Source: the human T2T-CHM13v2.0 reference genome, Homo sapiens
DNA length: 64,000 bases
Assembly: GCF_009914755.1 (NCBI RefSeq)
Contig: NC_060927.1
Strand: one strand, 5' to 3'
Shown here: positions 1 through 14,243 of the stretch, piece after piece
Numbering within the stretch: position 1 is the stretch's first letter
How the letters are laid out: each line of letters begins with the position of its first letter
The notes under the pieces: model-generated
Seen by the model: only the letters and a program-made list of their open reading frames with translations
Database searches by the model: none
What the model was told of the DNA's origin: nothing
Program-made: the position numbers and the translations under genes

Positions 1-328
<328 letters not shown>

Positions 329-3300
329 CTAAGGCTTCATCAGTTTCAGAATAAGTCCACATCTTGTGTTGAATTATAAAAATTTATAATATTGAACTAA
401 TCTTGTATTTCAGAGGCAAATCCTATTTGGTCATGGCATACTATTCATTAAATATCTTGTTGACCCCTAATTGTTAGTAATACGTTTATATTTGTTGTAT
501 CACAATTAATGTTAAATTATTTTATAACATATTGTTCACCAATTATAAAGCTTTAAAACCACTGACATGTTGGTTTTGTAAAAGCAAATTGGAAATTTCC
601 TTTTCTTTCTATACATTTTCTATATTCTAGTGGAGCTTTAATATTCTTGCTTACATTTGTAAAAATCTTCTATATTCTTAAAATGATCAATAACAATCTA
701 GCTAGATCTGCTAAGGGATGTTCATAAATACAGTATCATTTTGCTTTGAAAGAAGTCATGCTTTTAGCTCATCAGGCTGATACTGATAGAGCGTAGATAA
801 AGATGTTTCCAGGTACTCTCAAGTGGGTTTATTTGTAGCCTTCAAATCCACCTATGTTATTGCTATTTGAATATGATTGCTAATCACAGATTTACAAGAA
901 ATGGACCCAATTCTCTACACATTTATACCCGTCTCCTTCACTTTGCACACTACTCTGTCTTTAAGACATCAACATAATCACTTGTGACCTGCTTCATTAG
1001 TCACCTCTTTAGACTTCTCAGGTTTTAGGTGTATCTTGTCAGCATAGTGGTGCCAGCACAGACAGGATAATGACAAATGCTACTTTTATAAGGTTGGCAG
1101 GTAGCAAACTACTTGTAGCATATGGAAAACATACTTTTATTTTTCATGCACTTGTGATGTTCCCATTGCTGATGCTTATGGGGCATAATTAAAGAGAAGA
1201 ATTAGTATGAACTTATCATAAACTAGCTTCAGTGCATCTGAAAGTCAGAGAACTGATTTTTATTCAATGCTCCATTTTATAATAATAGATTTGTCTTTCT
1301 CCGAAATTGAGTCATCTTTTCAGATGAAGAACTTATGAATTTAAAGCATTAAACTCAATATAAAAATAAGTGTAACAAATACATTACAAAGTACCCAAAG
1401 TGTCTGGTAACACTAAGGAAATTGTATATTTATAATGTAGTATTATGGGTGGCTGAAATTCATAAATGGATTGAATTAAACTGGTATACTATTTCTTATG
1501 TGTGCTTACTAAGTGCATTTTTCTTACTGTATTTGACTTTGTAATATGTCTTTTGAAAAACTAACACAATCTTAGAAGTTTGCTTTATTTAAAAATATTG
1601 ACTATGCATAAGCTTCACATTTTCTGCAGATTTTGCTCATGATTTTAGGAATATCATGATTTAAATACCAAGATAAGTCAATGATGAGAGGTTCTCATGG
1701 TCAGCAGTAATAAAAACAGTATCTTTTTTGAGTTAAAATTAAAATTAATATGATTCGTTTTATAAATTATTTATTAAATTTATATACATTTGATAGTGAT
1801 CAGTCTTGTTTTATGCAATTGATATATTCCCCCAAATATTTTTGTTCATTATATGTAAAAATACTATACCTTTAACATATAACACTCTGATCAAACATTA
1901 AGAAATCTTAAAAATCGTAACTAAACTCTTAAAATTCAAACATCAATCCCTCATTTTATCAGTTTTATGCTTATAGAATTTCATGTTAAGTTTTTTTAAG
2001 CAAGATACACTTTTAATATGGCAACAACAACAAAACTTTATCCATAATTCAAATACCCATTTTCCTTTGCAGAGTACTTCAGTATAGCTTTTTAAAATAG
2101 CCACTTAGGAACTCATTTTAATTAAAGTAGTCATATTTGCTACCTAAATTTGTTGTCCTATTGCTACTCTGCCATTTCAGTGTATTAAAAGGAAAACAGT
2201 ACAATGATGCCAACTGTAAGTCTGATTTTTTTTTTACTTTGCCCAGGAAAATCATTTCCTTTGAAGCCTATATAAAAATTATAAAGAAAAAAGGGTGGGT
2301 TATGTAAGTATGAATCTATTCTCAGCTTTCTGTGTCTGTGTCTACAATAATAATCGTTTACAGCATAACCAGGGGAGGAATGACTAACTTCTCTTCTTAT
2401 CTACAAGATAATGAATAGCCTATTTAACTTTTTTTAAAAAAAATCAATGTTTGCGTTGATTTTTGTATGGTTACAATAGCAGCCAAAGAGAAAAGTTGCA
2501 TGGTAAATTTGAAATTGTTGACTGATTTTTATAAATATTGAAGTTCAAGGAGTGCTTTACCATTAATGGTCATATTTATTGGGGAAAACAGTATTGGGGA
2601 TTGACATCTGAACTGAGCTCATAGAACATGTAGCATAGAAATAGAAGGAGACAAGGAAAATGACATTATTCCCATGGTGCAAGGTGATGTTTAGCAGGGT
2701 TAACTTACATCTCTCATTACATCTAGCGGGTAGAAGAGTTGAACAAAAAGTGCCAGTCCTTGGCAGGCTTTTTGAAAAATCATACTACAAGATACAAAAA
2801 TTAGAACAAAAACTAGTAAATGTTTTGTTCAAAATCACAAAGAATTATTTTTTACAGAGCAGTGTGTCTCTCCTGGTCTTTTATATTATTAATGTACCAT
2901 GCCACATTTTTAACTGTTAGAAAGAAGGAATAAAAGAAAATGTCCCATAGTCTGTCACTTTAGACGCTTTAACAGTGTTTGACAAAATGTAGGTAAATTC
3001 TTCTAAGAACATTATCATTAACAGTTGATTATGGTGTTCATAAGAGTGGTGATATTAAGAATTTATATTTTAAAATTTAGTCATATCTGTATGTAATCCC
3101 AAGTTGCTGACTGAACTTAAATCTTTTAAAGGATAATTACAATTAAAGTGAAAATATTTTCTGCACTCATGCTTTTTTCTAGATGTTTATATGTTGTTAA
3201 ATATTCTTTAAAATATTTTAACTTTTAGAAATTACCAACTCTAAATATTCTCTTATAAATATCTATTTTGGTCAATTAACTAGAAATCAACTAATAACAA

Positions 3301-4134
3301 AATGGTCTTGATTTTTTAAATACAAGAGATGTACTTGGCAAAAAAGTTTTATTGCACCGAGCCCTACATATTTGAAACATTAATTTTAGATGCCTCTATG
3401 GCAACATAATGTATTCTTGTAGTCTTCCAAGATGTGCCACACTGTGGAATCTTTGCTAAATGTCACAAACTGAGAGACATATCATAAACAAAATAAAGAA
3501 TGACCACAACGGTTCAAAAAGTTGCCAATACTAACAGTTCCACCAAACGTCTATTATTCAACATACATGATTTGAATTTCAAATAGTTCTGTAACTAATT
3601 TTGACATGAAATTCTAAACAATTCTGAGTATTGCCAGTTGCCTCCAGTAGAGGCAAGGCGATATCACAATTCAACTCTATAAATAAATATTGCAAGTCTT
3701 TTATAATTTATAATATTATGGTGGCCAGGTGGCAAGTTGGGGATCATACACTACCACATCACTACCATAATTTTAAACAACCACTTGGTTTCAGGTTTAC
3801 CCATCACTCTAGCTGCTTTGTGATGAAAGAATGGTATGTTTAGAATCTTCCCTCTTTCTGGATTCTCATCCTCAGGACTTATTTCTCTCCTAAAAGCAAG
3901 AAGCAAAGGAACTATTTCTGAACCCTCTAGCAACAACATTTTAATTTACTCAGCTGTGTATCAGGATCTTGAGGCATTCCTTTTGAGGTACTTCGTCAAG
4001 TGTACAGCTTCTTCTTTAAGCATGGATAAATACCAAAGCCACTTTCTGAATGCTGCAGAGACTTCACCTTTAGGGACTGTTGTTGCAACATGTTCAGGCT
4101 TTTGCAGTGGTAGTAATAGAAATATTGCTAATAA

Positions 4135-4345
4135 AATAGTAGTAGCTCGTTTACTATATATTAACTACTATGCTGTGCACCTTGCTCAGATTATCTCATT
4201 TAATCCTTAAAACAACCTATGCTGTAGGTGGTATTACATCTATTTGGCAACTGGGCATAAACTGAATGTTAAAAATCTGTAAGTCACAAGTTTGGAAACA
4301 GTCAAATTGAGAATATAAGGCAGGTCTCTCCCAGGTAAAAACTGA
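4135..4345 (-). mobile_element. MIR SINE fragment
   Basis: Antisense MIR core: attatctcatttaatccttaaaacaacctatg...taggtggtatta. Boundaries approximate. Confidence 0.65.
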
Positions 4346-5394
4346 CTATAGATCATAAACTTCATATTTAGTAACTGTGTTTGTCAGAGGTTGAAAAGTT
4401 CTTTATTAAGAACTTCCTTCCTAATTAGGAGCTATCGTCCAGCAAAAGCATCAGGGGTAATATATGTTGCAGTGTAACAGTGTGGCCCAAGCTGAAATTC
4501 AAAACCAAATCTGGGAAAACGGAAAGGTTGATGATCTTTCCTAGGGTCTGTGTGCATAAATGTAAATGTATGGATAATATTCCAAGGAGATTTCCAAAGA
4601 AAATGAGAACTGTTTTACACAGAGGCCTAAAATACTAGAGAGAAAAGTGAACAGCACAAGGCTTAAAATATTATCATAAAGCCAGAAGTTGACAGGTAAA
4701 TTTTATAATAGGTTTTATGAGACTCAGTACAGAATAAACTTTAGGATTCAGGTTCACAGGGAAGTAAAATTGCAGGGAATAATATCACCATTCTTCCATA
4801 CAGAACCCAACAGTGCCCTGGCTCCTGGAATGCCAGGAAATTGAAGAAGCTGGAAAGGCACCTTTGGTATTTGCAAAAGGCGTTAGATAAAAAAAAAAAA
4901 AGAGGCATGAATAAAATTAAGAAACAAAATTTCTTATGTAGCTCATCTTATTCAATACTCACGCTTGAGCACAAAAGGAATGCCACCTGGACACATGAAG
5001 GAGTAACCGACAAAGGCTTTGAAGTAGGTGGGGGTTGGGGTAGCATGTCCTTAAGTCAAGCAGATAGAAGGTAAGGGTTAGTAATTCAATAATTTGGACA
5101 CAAGTGTTACTGTTGATAGAATTTGAATCCACTGATAACTGACCCCTGACATGCTGGGACTTGCACACCACTTGTGTTCAAACCCTGAAAGACTAGACTA
5201 CCTGAAATTCCCTCTATGCTGTAAATATCCCCAGCTTCATGGTTTGTACAGAGCCTTCTCAACCTGAAACTCCCTCCCAGGTCTACCTTTGAGGTGTTAT
5301 CACTTTCTTTTTTCAAAACCCAATACGTTTTCCAATTTATTTAACTGTTTGACTGTTTTTCTGCTTCTCCCACCTCTGTACCCAACACAATGGA

Positions 5395-5423
5395 CAATAT
5401 TGTTATTGATAATAACAATATTG
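5395..5423. repeat. Perfect 13-bp inverted repeat with 3-nt loop
   Basis: caatattgttatt-gat-aataacaatattg. Confidence 0.9.
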
Positions 5424-5538
5424 AACAAACTTTGAAAATCAACCCACTAATACAAAAAAAAATCACAGAAAGTCATGTTGCCTCCTGGATTGCGAAAAGA
5501 GGGCTAGAAGAAGGTGGCCTCTAAAATCAGTGCCACTT

Positions 5539-5976
5539 ATTGGGCTACATTGAGCATCTTCAGGGTGTTACTCTTTCCTTATTTTACTATCCAAGAGCTC
5601 CAGAATCCCTTTATTCCCCATCCCAAGGCCACTTAAAAAATTACTAAGTGAACAATTACTAAAAATTGCTACTAGAATGAATATATTTAAAAATATGCTT
5701 AAATTTCAGTATTGTCCTATACAAAACCATTTCTCTTCGTAGGAAGAGAACTATTTCATTGGGCTACATTGAGCATCTTCAGGGTGTTACTCTTTCCTTA
5801 TTTTACTATCCAAGAGCTCCAGAATCCCTTTATTCCCCATCCCAAGGCCACTTAAAAAATTACTAAGTGAACAATTACTAAAAATTGCTACTAGAATGAA
5901 TATATTTAAAAATATGCTTAAATTTCAGTATTGTCCTATACAAAACCATTTCTCTTCGTAGGAAGAGAACTATTTC
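5539..5976. repeat. Perfect 219-bp direct tandem duplication
   Basis: 5539-5757 and 5758-5976 are identical by eye (attgggctacattgagc...ggaagagaactatttc). Confidence 0.97.
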
Positions 5977-6001
5977 AAGAACCTCACTATTTCAAGAACC
6001 T
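5969..6001. repeat. 16-bp direct repeat, period 17
   Basis: actatttcaagaacct at 5969-5984 and 5986-6001. Confidence 0.9.
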
Positions 6002-7689
6002 TATTTTGCCATTACTTCTTTGTTAGCATCTTCACATGCACAGTGAGTCTGGAAAGATTTCCAGCCTCTTTTCTTCCATTTTGAATTCTCAGAGGGCAAT
6101 ATTTTGCTTGATTTTAAAAGATACATGAGTGAAGAAAAATGAGTTCTGTCAGATTCCTCTGCCTTGGACTGAGTCATATATTTTCCCTAAATCCATACAC
6201 CAGACAAAACAGAAGGATAGACTGATTTGTCATTTTCTCTTCTAGGATGTTTAATTTCAGACAGTTTTTTTCAAGGTCTGAAAAACAGTTACCTTCTGTT
6301 TTAAAATTATAATCCAGTAATCAAGCCTATGTAGGTTCTGGGTAAAATGCTAAGATTTGAATTATATTAGGGTGCCTTGCCATTTGGATAGGTTTCCAAT
6401 TTCTGAATTCTCTTGTTCCTCACAGTTGTTGATTAAAATGGGTCATGATTTCTATCCTTGCTTATCCCATTGTAAACACACAACTTTAATATCAAAAGGA
6501 GTCTGTGTGGATGGTTTCTATGATAATTTCTAATTCACACATTGTTTGATTTCATTTTATTTGGAATGTCAGTTTTAAACCTTTAAGTTCTGAGCCTAAA
6601 TGAAATTTTTATATGAGATGCCTTATTCATCTTTGACCTAAATCGCATAGATAGTTTATATAAGTAGCACCGGATTTTTCATTACCATCACATTCCTGCA
6701 AAATACTTCTCCTAGGTCTGAAAATGATCTTCAAATCATTTACTCGTCTCTTCACAACCATGGAAACCACATTGATAATGTCAGCAGTCTTAGTTTGAAA
6801 TGCCTGTACAGCTTTTGTCTAAAATAAAACTTTCTAAGCTTTTGTATTAGAGAAAATCATAATGTAAATTAATGATGTTTCTCTCTGTATTAAAATATCT
6901 GCGTTTAATACCCTACTTCAATATAGTTTAACTTCACTTTTTTTTGGCCTCCCTTTGCACGTCAATAAAACCTGAAATGCTTCAGGGAAAGAAAAAATAA
7001 AAAGAAACAAACAAAGATTGAAAATAAAGGAAGTCTTCCCAACACAAGGGATTTGGTATTTTTCATGCAGTTTGACAGTAAAAGAATGAAGTATTTTGAA
7101 CATCTTTTAATAACTAACTATGAAAACTATATCATGGTCTCAAAGAGTTTACAATCTGTTTTATTTTTAGTTACTGACTTCCTGTTTCCATTCAAAGGAG
7201 TTTGCATTTGGGCCACCATTATTTTTTCTGCCTCTCAGACATACGTAAATGTGACCTAGCAAAGTTGTTTTGATATATTAGTTATTCTGTTTGTCCATAC
7301 CATTAGCAGGCTACACCCAATGTATTCAGAGAGAACCCCGATGCCTGTAAGAATCTAGGAAAATATTTGTAAGGGCCCTATTTCACTCTTTAGAAAATTA
7401 TACTGTTGTGTGATATGAACTAAAGAAATAACAGCAAAAGAGTCATTTTGATAAGGTTCTTTGAAACCATTGTTATAGTAAATACAATCAGTTAATTAAA
7501 ACAGTGTTTTCTCCTCACTGAAAAATTGAATTTTTCTTTCTAGGCCTCAGTTTTCTCATCTATATATTGGGGTAGTAGTGGAACCAAATAATTTTTAGAG
7601 GTGGTCTAAACAATTTGTTTTATAAATTTGAAATTATTATTCAAGATTGTTGTTTTTTTCAAGATGTTTTCTTGTTCAAGGGTACACGA

Positions 7690-8340
7690 CTAAACATCAT
7701 CCATTTTGTCTAAATTTTAAAAGTTTGGGTATAAAGTAAATTTTAAAATCTCCATTCTGTCTGTTGCTCTAGTACGCTTTCATTTTATTTCTAACTTTAA
7801 AAAATGTGTGCTCTCTTATTTTCTTGATCAAATCCTGCCAGATGTTTATCTATTATATAAATCTTTTTAAAAGTCAACTTTTAATATTATTAATCCTCAC
7901 TATTTTGTTTCTTTGTTTTCCTTGTCATTATCATTATTTACATTTTTATCTTTCTTATTCTTCCTTTGTATTGTTTTGGGTTTACTTTGTCATATTTGAA
8001 ATTTATTTTAAGAACCCTTAACTCACTATTTCTAGTTTCTTTTTTTCATTAAGTAATTAACATTATATACCTTTCCAAAAATACTGTTTTACATGTGTCC
8101 CAAATATTTTTATAGGTAGTATTTGATTGTTGTTCAGTTCTAGGCATTTAGAAATTTCAATTATTGTGTCTTATTTGACCCATATATTATTTAAAAGTGT
8201 GTTTTGGGGTTTCCAAATTTCTGAACATTGTTGGCAATTTTTTACATTTCTAATTTTACTGATTTTTTTTCTAATTGTAGACTGTAGACTATCAATTATT
8301 TTATCTTTTCTCAAATTTTCTTTGGTGTTCCATTATAGTT
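7690..8340 (-). mobile_element. Old L1 (L1M-type) ORF2 fragment
   Basis: T-rich antisense L1-like motifs (ttttcttgatcaaatcctgccagatgtttatc; tttgacccatatattatttaaaagtgtg). Boundaries approximate. Confidence 0.65.
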
Positions 8341-9378
8341 ATTAACTAATTACCTCTTTTGTTCTAGAAAGTCAAAAATACTTTCTAAGATTAATAAATC
8401 AAGATGCAGGTGTAAATGTTACAGTAGGAAGAAAAATGAGTGTCATCAGTAAATTAGTTAAAATACGTTTAAAAGAGCGAAGAAATTGCCCTTGTTAACA
8501 GTGTGATCAGGTTGAGTCATTAGGGAATCCAGCAGGTAGGGAAGTTTGGATCCAACCCTCTAGTCTGTAATAAAGAGAACTGAGAACTGCTCTCTAGAGA
8601 ATGAAATGTGAATAATGTTAATTCATCATAACCTTATTCTTAAAGAAGAACCTTCCACAGTGTCTGCCTCTAACTGCCTACCTGCTTTCTCTATGTCAAA
8701 ATATGAAGGGGGGGTTACCTGCTCATGTGACCTGGGAAAGTATGCACACCTCAGTCAGAGACAGCATTCAAGGAATAGGCCTGTGGGGGACAGATGTATG
8801 AGACCATCAAGGAACTCATGCCAATTGCCTATACTAGTCAACATAAATATGGACAAACAAGAAATCTTTTAGTGAGAAAAGTTTTTATATTATAGGTTTT
8901 CTTTTTCCTTCTCTATCACAGTGCATGATTAATACTCTAAATTTTGGTTATCTGTTTTCACTTTGTCAAAAATTAGCCTGTTATAAATTCAGAGAAGACT
9001 TTATCATATTTCAAAATTTAAATACACACTTTAAAACTTGATGACATAAAAACAATAATAATTATAAAGCTAACAAATTAAATGGTAGAAAATAGATGAG
9101 AGTTTGAAAAAAATATTTAGTTTTCTCTTATCTTTCATACTGTAAATTTAATGTGTAATTTTAATAAAATCAAGAAAAATGGATGAAAGTATAAGCCTTA
9201 AAATCCTTATGGCAACCACTAGAAATTAAAAAAAAATGATAATAAAGCAAAAGAAATAACAGAATCTAGAGCTGGGAGATGGAAAGAAGGATGAAACAGT
9301 GTTTAGTCTCCCAAATTACTTACTTTTCATACTGATAAGTTAATAGATATTGTTAAGAATTGCCAATTCCAGTAGCTG

Positions 9379-9425
<47 letters not shown>

Positions 9426-9479
9426 CACACACACATATATATACACACACATATATGTGTGTATGTATATATACATATA
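9379..9479. repeat. (GT)19 plus mixed AT/AC microsatellite forming a 101-bp alternating purine-pyrimidine tract
   Basis: (GT)19 at 9383-9420. RY alternation is unbroken from 9379 to 9479. Confidence 0.95.
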
Positions 9480-9565
9480 ATTACAACTGTAATATTTACA
9501 AATAATAATAAAAATAAAAATGATTACCAATAGAACAATTTAAAATAGAAACTTTTGAAGTGTGA

Positions 9566-9953
<388 letters not shown>

Positions 9954-10019
9954 TAGGTAGTTAAAAATATTAAATCATACACATAACTTCCAATAATTTT
10001 AAAATGAATCTATATACAG

Positions 10020-10620
<601 letters not shown>

Positions 10621-13284
10621 TATTAGTAAAAACCATTGATATCCTAGATGATTTGGTTGGCAAGATATCTTACTTAATTTAATTTACTCTGAACTCCCAA
10701 TATTCAGGTAAGAAGCTACGTGGGTACAGGAATTCTCTGTGCCTTGCTCACTTCTCTAATCTCTGCCTCCAGGCCAGGTTAACCCCTATACCCATTATAA
10801 AATCTCTGCAAATAGTTCTGTAGTGAGTTAATGAATGTCAGAAATCACCTTAATATAATAGGTGGTATATAGTAGTTGTGCTAAAATATGTTAAAGCTTT
10901 GTTTTGTTAAATAGTCTATGTGAACCAGTAAGAATTAATAGCATTGAATAATAACATTTGAAAACTGTTCAGAGATAGCAATGTGAGCGATGGCTGATAA
11001 AAAAAAAAAAACTTTCTTCTATTTTATGTTAAAAATTACCTATTTGTATATATGTTCCTTTTTTAAGTTAAAAAGCTATAAAAAATTAATGTGATTGTTC
11101 TGGTTTAACCAGAACATTCTCATTTATGACTTTTATATTTTTCTCCATGACATATACCTGCTGTCTTTGTGGTTCATATACTTAAATCAGAGTTCTCTAA
11201 AATGGATATACGTTTCCTAAAGCTTCTTCATTATCATCTTTCATATCAGTAAAGCAGCAGCAGAAATCTTTGCTTACTTTAGGTTTCTGAATGCTAATAT
11301 GTAGAATGATGTTTCTTTTCTATAAGTCTTATTACAACAATTTTTTTAGTGTGCGTATATAATGGCATTTACTTCCTCAATTTCATTGTAAATGCACTAA
11401 AAGTTGTGTCAATGAAGTCATTCTGAATATCTTTAATAGACAATAAGCCTCAGTCATGATCAGAATGAGGAAAAAGGAGGATGTGCACATGGACTAACTT
11501 GATGGTTATGGCTTCCAATGAGTTTCTATTTCCCTTCAGGGTTTGGACTAAAGCTGAAAGCAAAAGAATATTCAAGATGCTTAAGTTTCTCCCTTGCTCT
11601 GATGTGGCTGTATGCAAATCAGCTGCGTTACTGGCAGGACTAGCATTCCACAGAATGATGGTGACCATAATACAGAACCCTATAGAGTGAGGTCTGGAAG
11701 TCTTCAGGCAGAAGAGAGCTTGATTGGCCATCATTGAGCTTTCATATTGTATTAATGTAGAAAAAGTGATCAATCTATTGCAGCAGACATAGTTAACGCC
11801 TCCTTCAGATCCCAAGTACAACGTAACAGAGCTGCCTTCCATATTTGGATGATGGTGATGAGAGGAAAATTGGAAGAATAATGATCTGTCTCAAATGAGA
11901 AAGCTATGATAAAAAAGGAAACATTTAAACATTTTTGCTTTGTTATAAATACAACTGTCAACCCAATAATGGACTGTTGAATGGCTTGTTTAAATGCAAG
12001 AATTTAGTGAAGTATTCATGAAATATGATAATATGCCCCTTAGTTTCACAAGCATAATATGACAGGAAAAATAACCTTTTGTCTCCATTTTAGAAATGAG
12101 ATATAAGTAACATATTATAAATTTGTCCTAGTTCAAGGGTGTGACACTTAATAGATGTACATATTGGCAATTTGCTTATAGATTATCATTTACTGTCACT
12201 TTTTTAATTAGAATGTGATCTTCCATTGTCTTTAATCTATTTACATCATGGATGACAAATTTCTTTCCCGTAAAGCAAAGTCTTTATTTATCATAAGACA
12301 ATTTTTACCAAAATTATTACACGTTGAAGGGGGAAATCATAAGTGGGATCATTTAGCTTTTGAATTTTCAGACTACCTGGCATCTTTAACACAGTAATAA
12401 AACATATTTTAAGTGACTGATATTTGCACATTTGCCTTCTCAAAAACATTCTTAATTTTGCTATTTACCATAAATCTGTTATGATTTTACCATTAATTTT
12501 GGAACCATGCCATGAAAAGTTTGATTAAATTTACGTTCTGTTTATGTATGCAACTGAAACTTACACGCAGGCTGTAATTCAATGTTTCTAGTCAGCTCTG
12601 AAGGCAGGAGTCCCCTCCATAGTTTTCACATTGGCATATGCATCTCCTTACCCACAGAAAGATTGTTAAAGCAAATAGTTCTACTGGTAAGCAGGGATAT
12701 TTGTAGAGGTACTCTGGGAATTGGAATGGTGGAGGAGAGAGATGGAAAACCTAGAATGAGAACATCTAAACTGCCTTTTAGGGGGAAAAATACGGTTTTG
12801 ATGGGATATATGATTCCTTGCCATCAATTTCTGCTGGGAATATAACAAAAAGTATATTTAGATGGTGTTTAAGTAGTGAAACTTTGTTTAAATATTTCTG
12901 ATTGGACTGTCAACTTAATGGTGTGGTGGTCTGGTACTAATGCCAGGGTAAGATTGTGAATTCAGCATGATATTTGTCAAAGTGAATGCTACTCACTGTT
13001 AGGTGGCATCTTTAGCTTTATTTTAGAGGTTTAGTGTGAAGTAAATGTAACCACAGTTTGTATTAATCCTTTCTTTAGGTGTTTTATGTTTATTTCACTG
13101 AGTTTCTTTTTTTTTAATCTCAATTTTGAACCAAACTTCAACCCTTTAATCTCCTAAGACCTTAAAATCATGGTATATTATTTGATTACATATGTACTGT
13201 CATTTTAGTATCTTTAGGAAAGATACATCCTCATCCCCAAAATGCTCCATCATTTCTAGTAGTTTGCTTAGTTCTTACATGTAC

Positions 13285-13545
13285 ATAATAATAACCAACA
13301 TTGATTGGACATAGTATGTGTTAGAAACCATTCTAAGTGTTTTATGTGTACTAAGTAATTTATTCCTCAATAAATCCCTATGATTTCAAAATGATTATAT
13401 TCACAATCTTACGGATAAAAACTTGCAGCACTGATAGATTTTTAAAAAAACAACAAAGAAACTTGATCAAGATTACCCAGCTGGGAAGCAGAGAAACTGA
13501 GGTTTAAATCCAGGTAGCTTGATTCCAGAGACATTGCCCTGAAAC
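13285..13545 (-). mobile_element. MIR SINE
   Basis: tatgtgttagaaaccattctaagtgttttatg...caagattacccagctgggaag...ggtttaaatccaggtag. Confidence 0.7.
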
Positions 13546-14043
13546 TTAATCATAGAGCTTTGATATTTAAAAGTAAACTGCTTCTTGGAAAGGTGACCTT
13601 AAATGTAGTTATTTGACATTATTTATGCTTCAAAATGAATGATCCGAAAGAAGGCTTTGATGTGCATAAACCTGACACTGGAAGAGAGATCGCTCTTTGG
13701 GGAGGAAATATGATGAAGAACTGAGATGCTGGAATCTTATAAACATAAGCCCCTTCCTTCAAAATTTTCATTAGAAAATTGTAAACACTTTATTCTGCTA
13801 TTAACCACATGGGCCTGGAGACTGAGAAGTGGAAGGCACTAGGCAGGCTTCCTCTTTAACTAAACTCTACCTCGGCAGGGTTAGATCTGCATAGTTGAAT
13901 CAGCCCCCTAAAGGAAACAGACACCTGTGACCACATCTGCTTCTTTCCCTTGAGCCTGACACCTGTTCTTTCATCAGGATACTTCTGTAGTTTGGGAGGA
14001 TGTGGTTGAAAGAATGTATTTGTGAATTGCAAGCAGGTAATTA

Positions 14044-14243
<200 letters not shown>

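Noticed and set aside
3836-4210. 124-aa plus-strand ORF
   Set aside because: No known motif, and its C-terminus runs into an antisense MIR.
11450-11842. Longest ORF (130 aa, minus strand)
   Set aside because: No recognisable domain, splice context or codon signature. An ORF this long is expected by chance in 64 kb. BLASTP or PhyloCSF would settle it.
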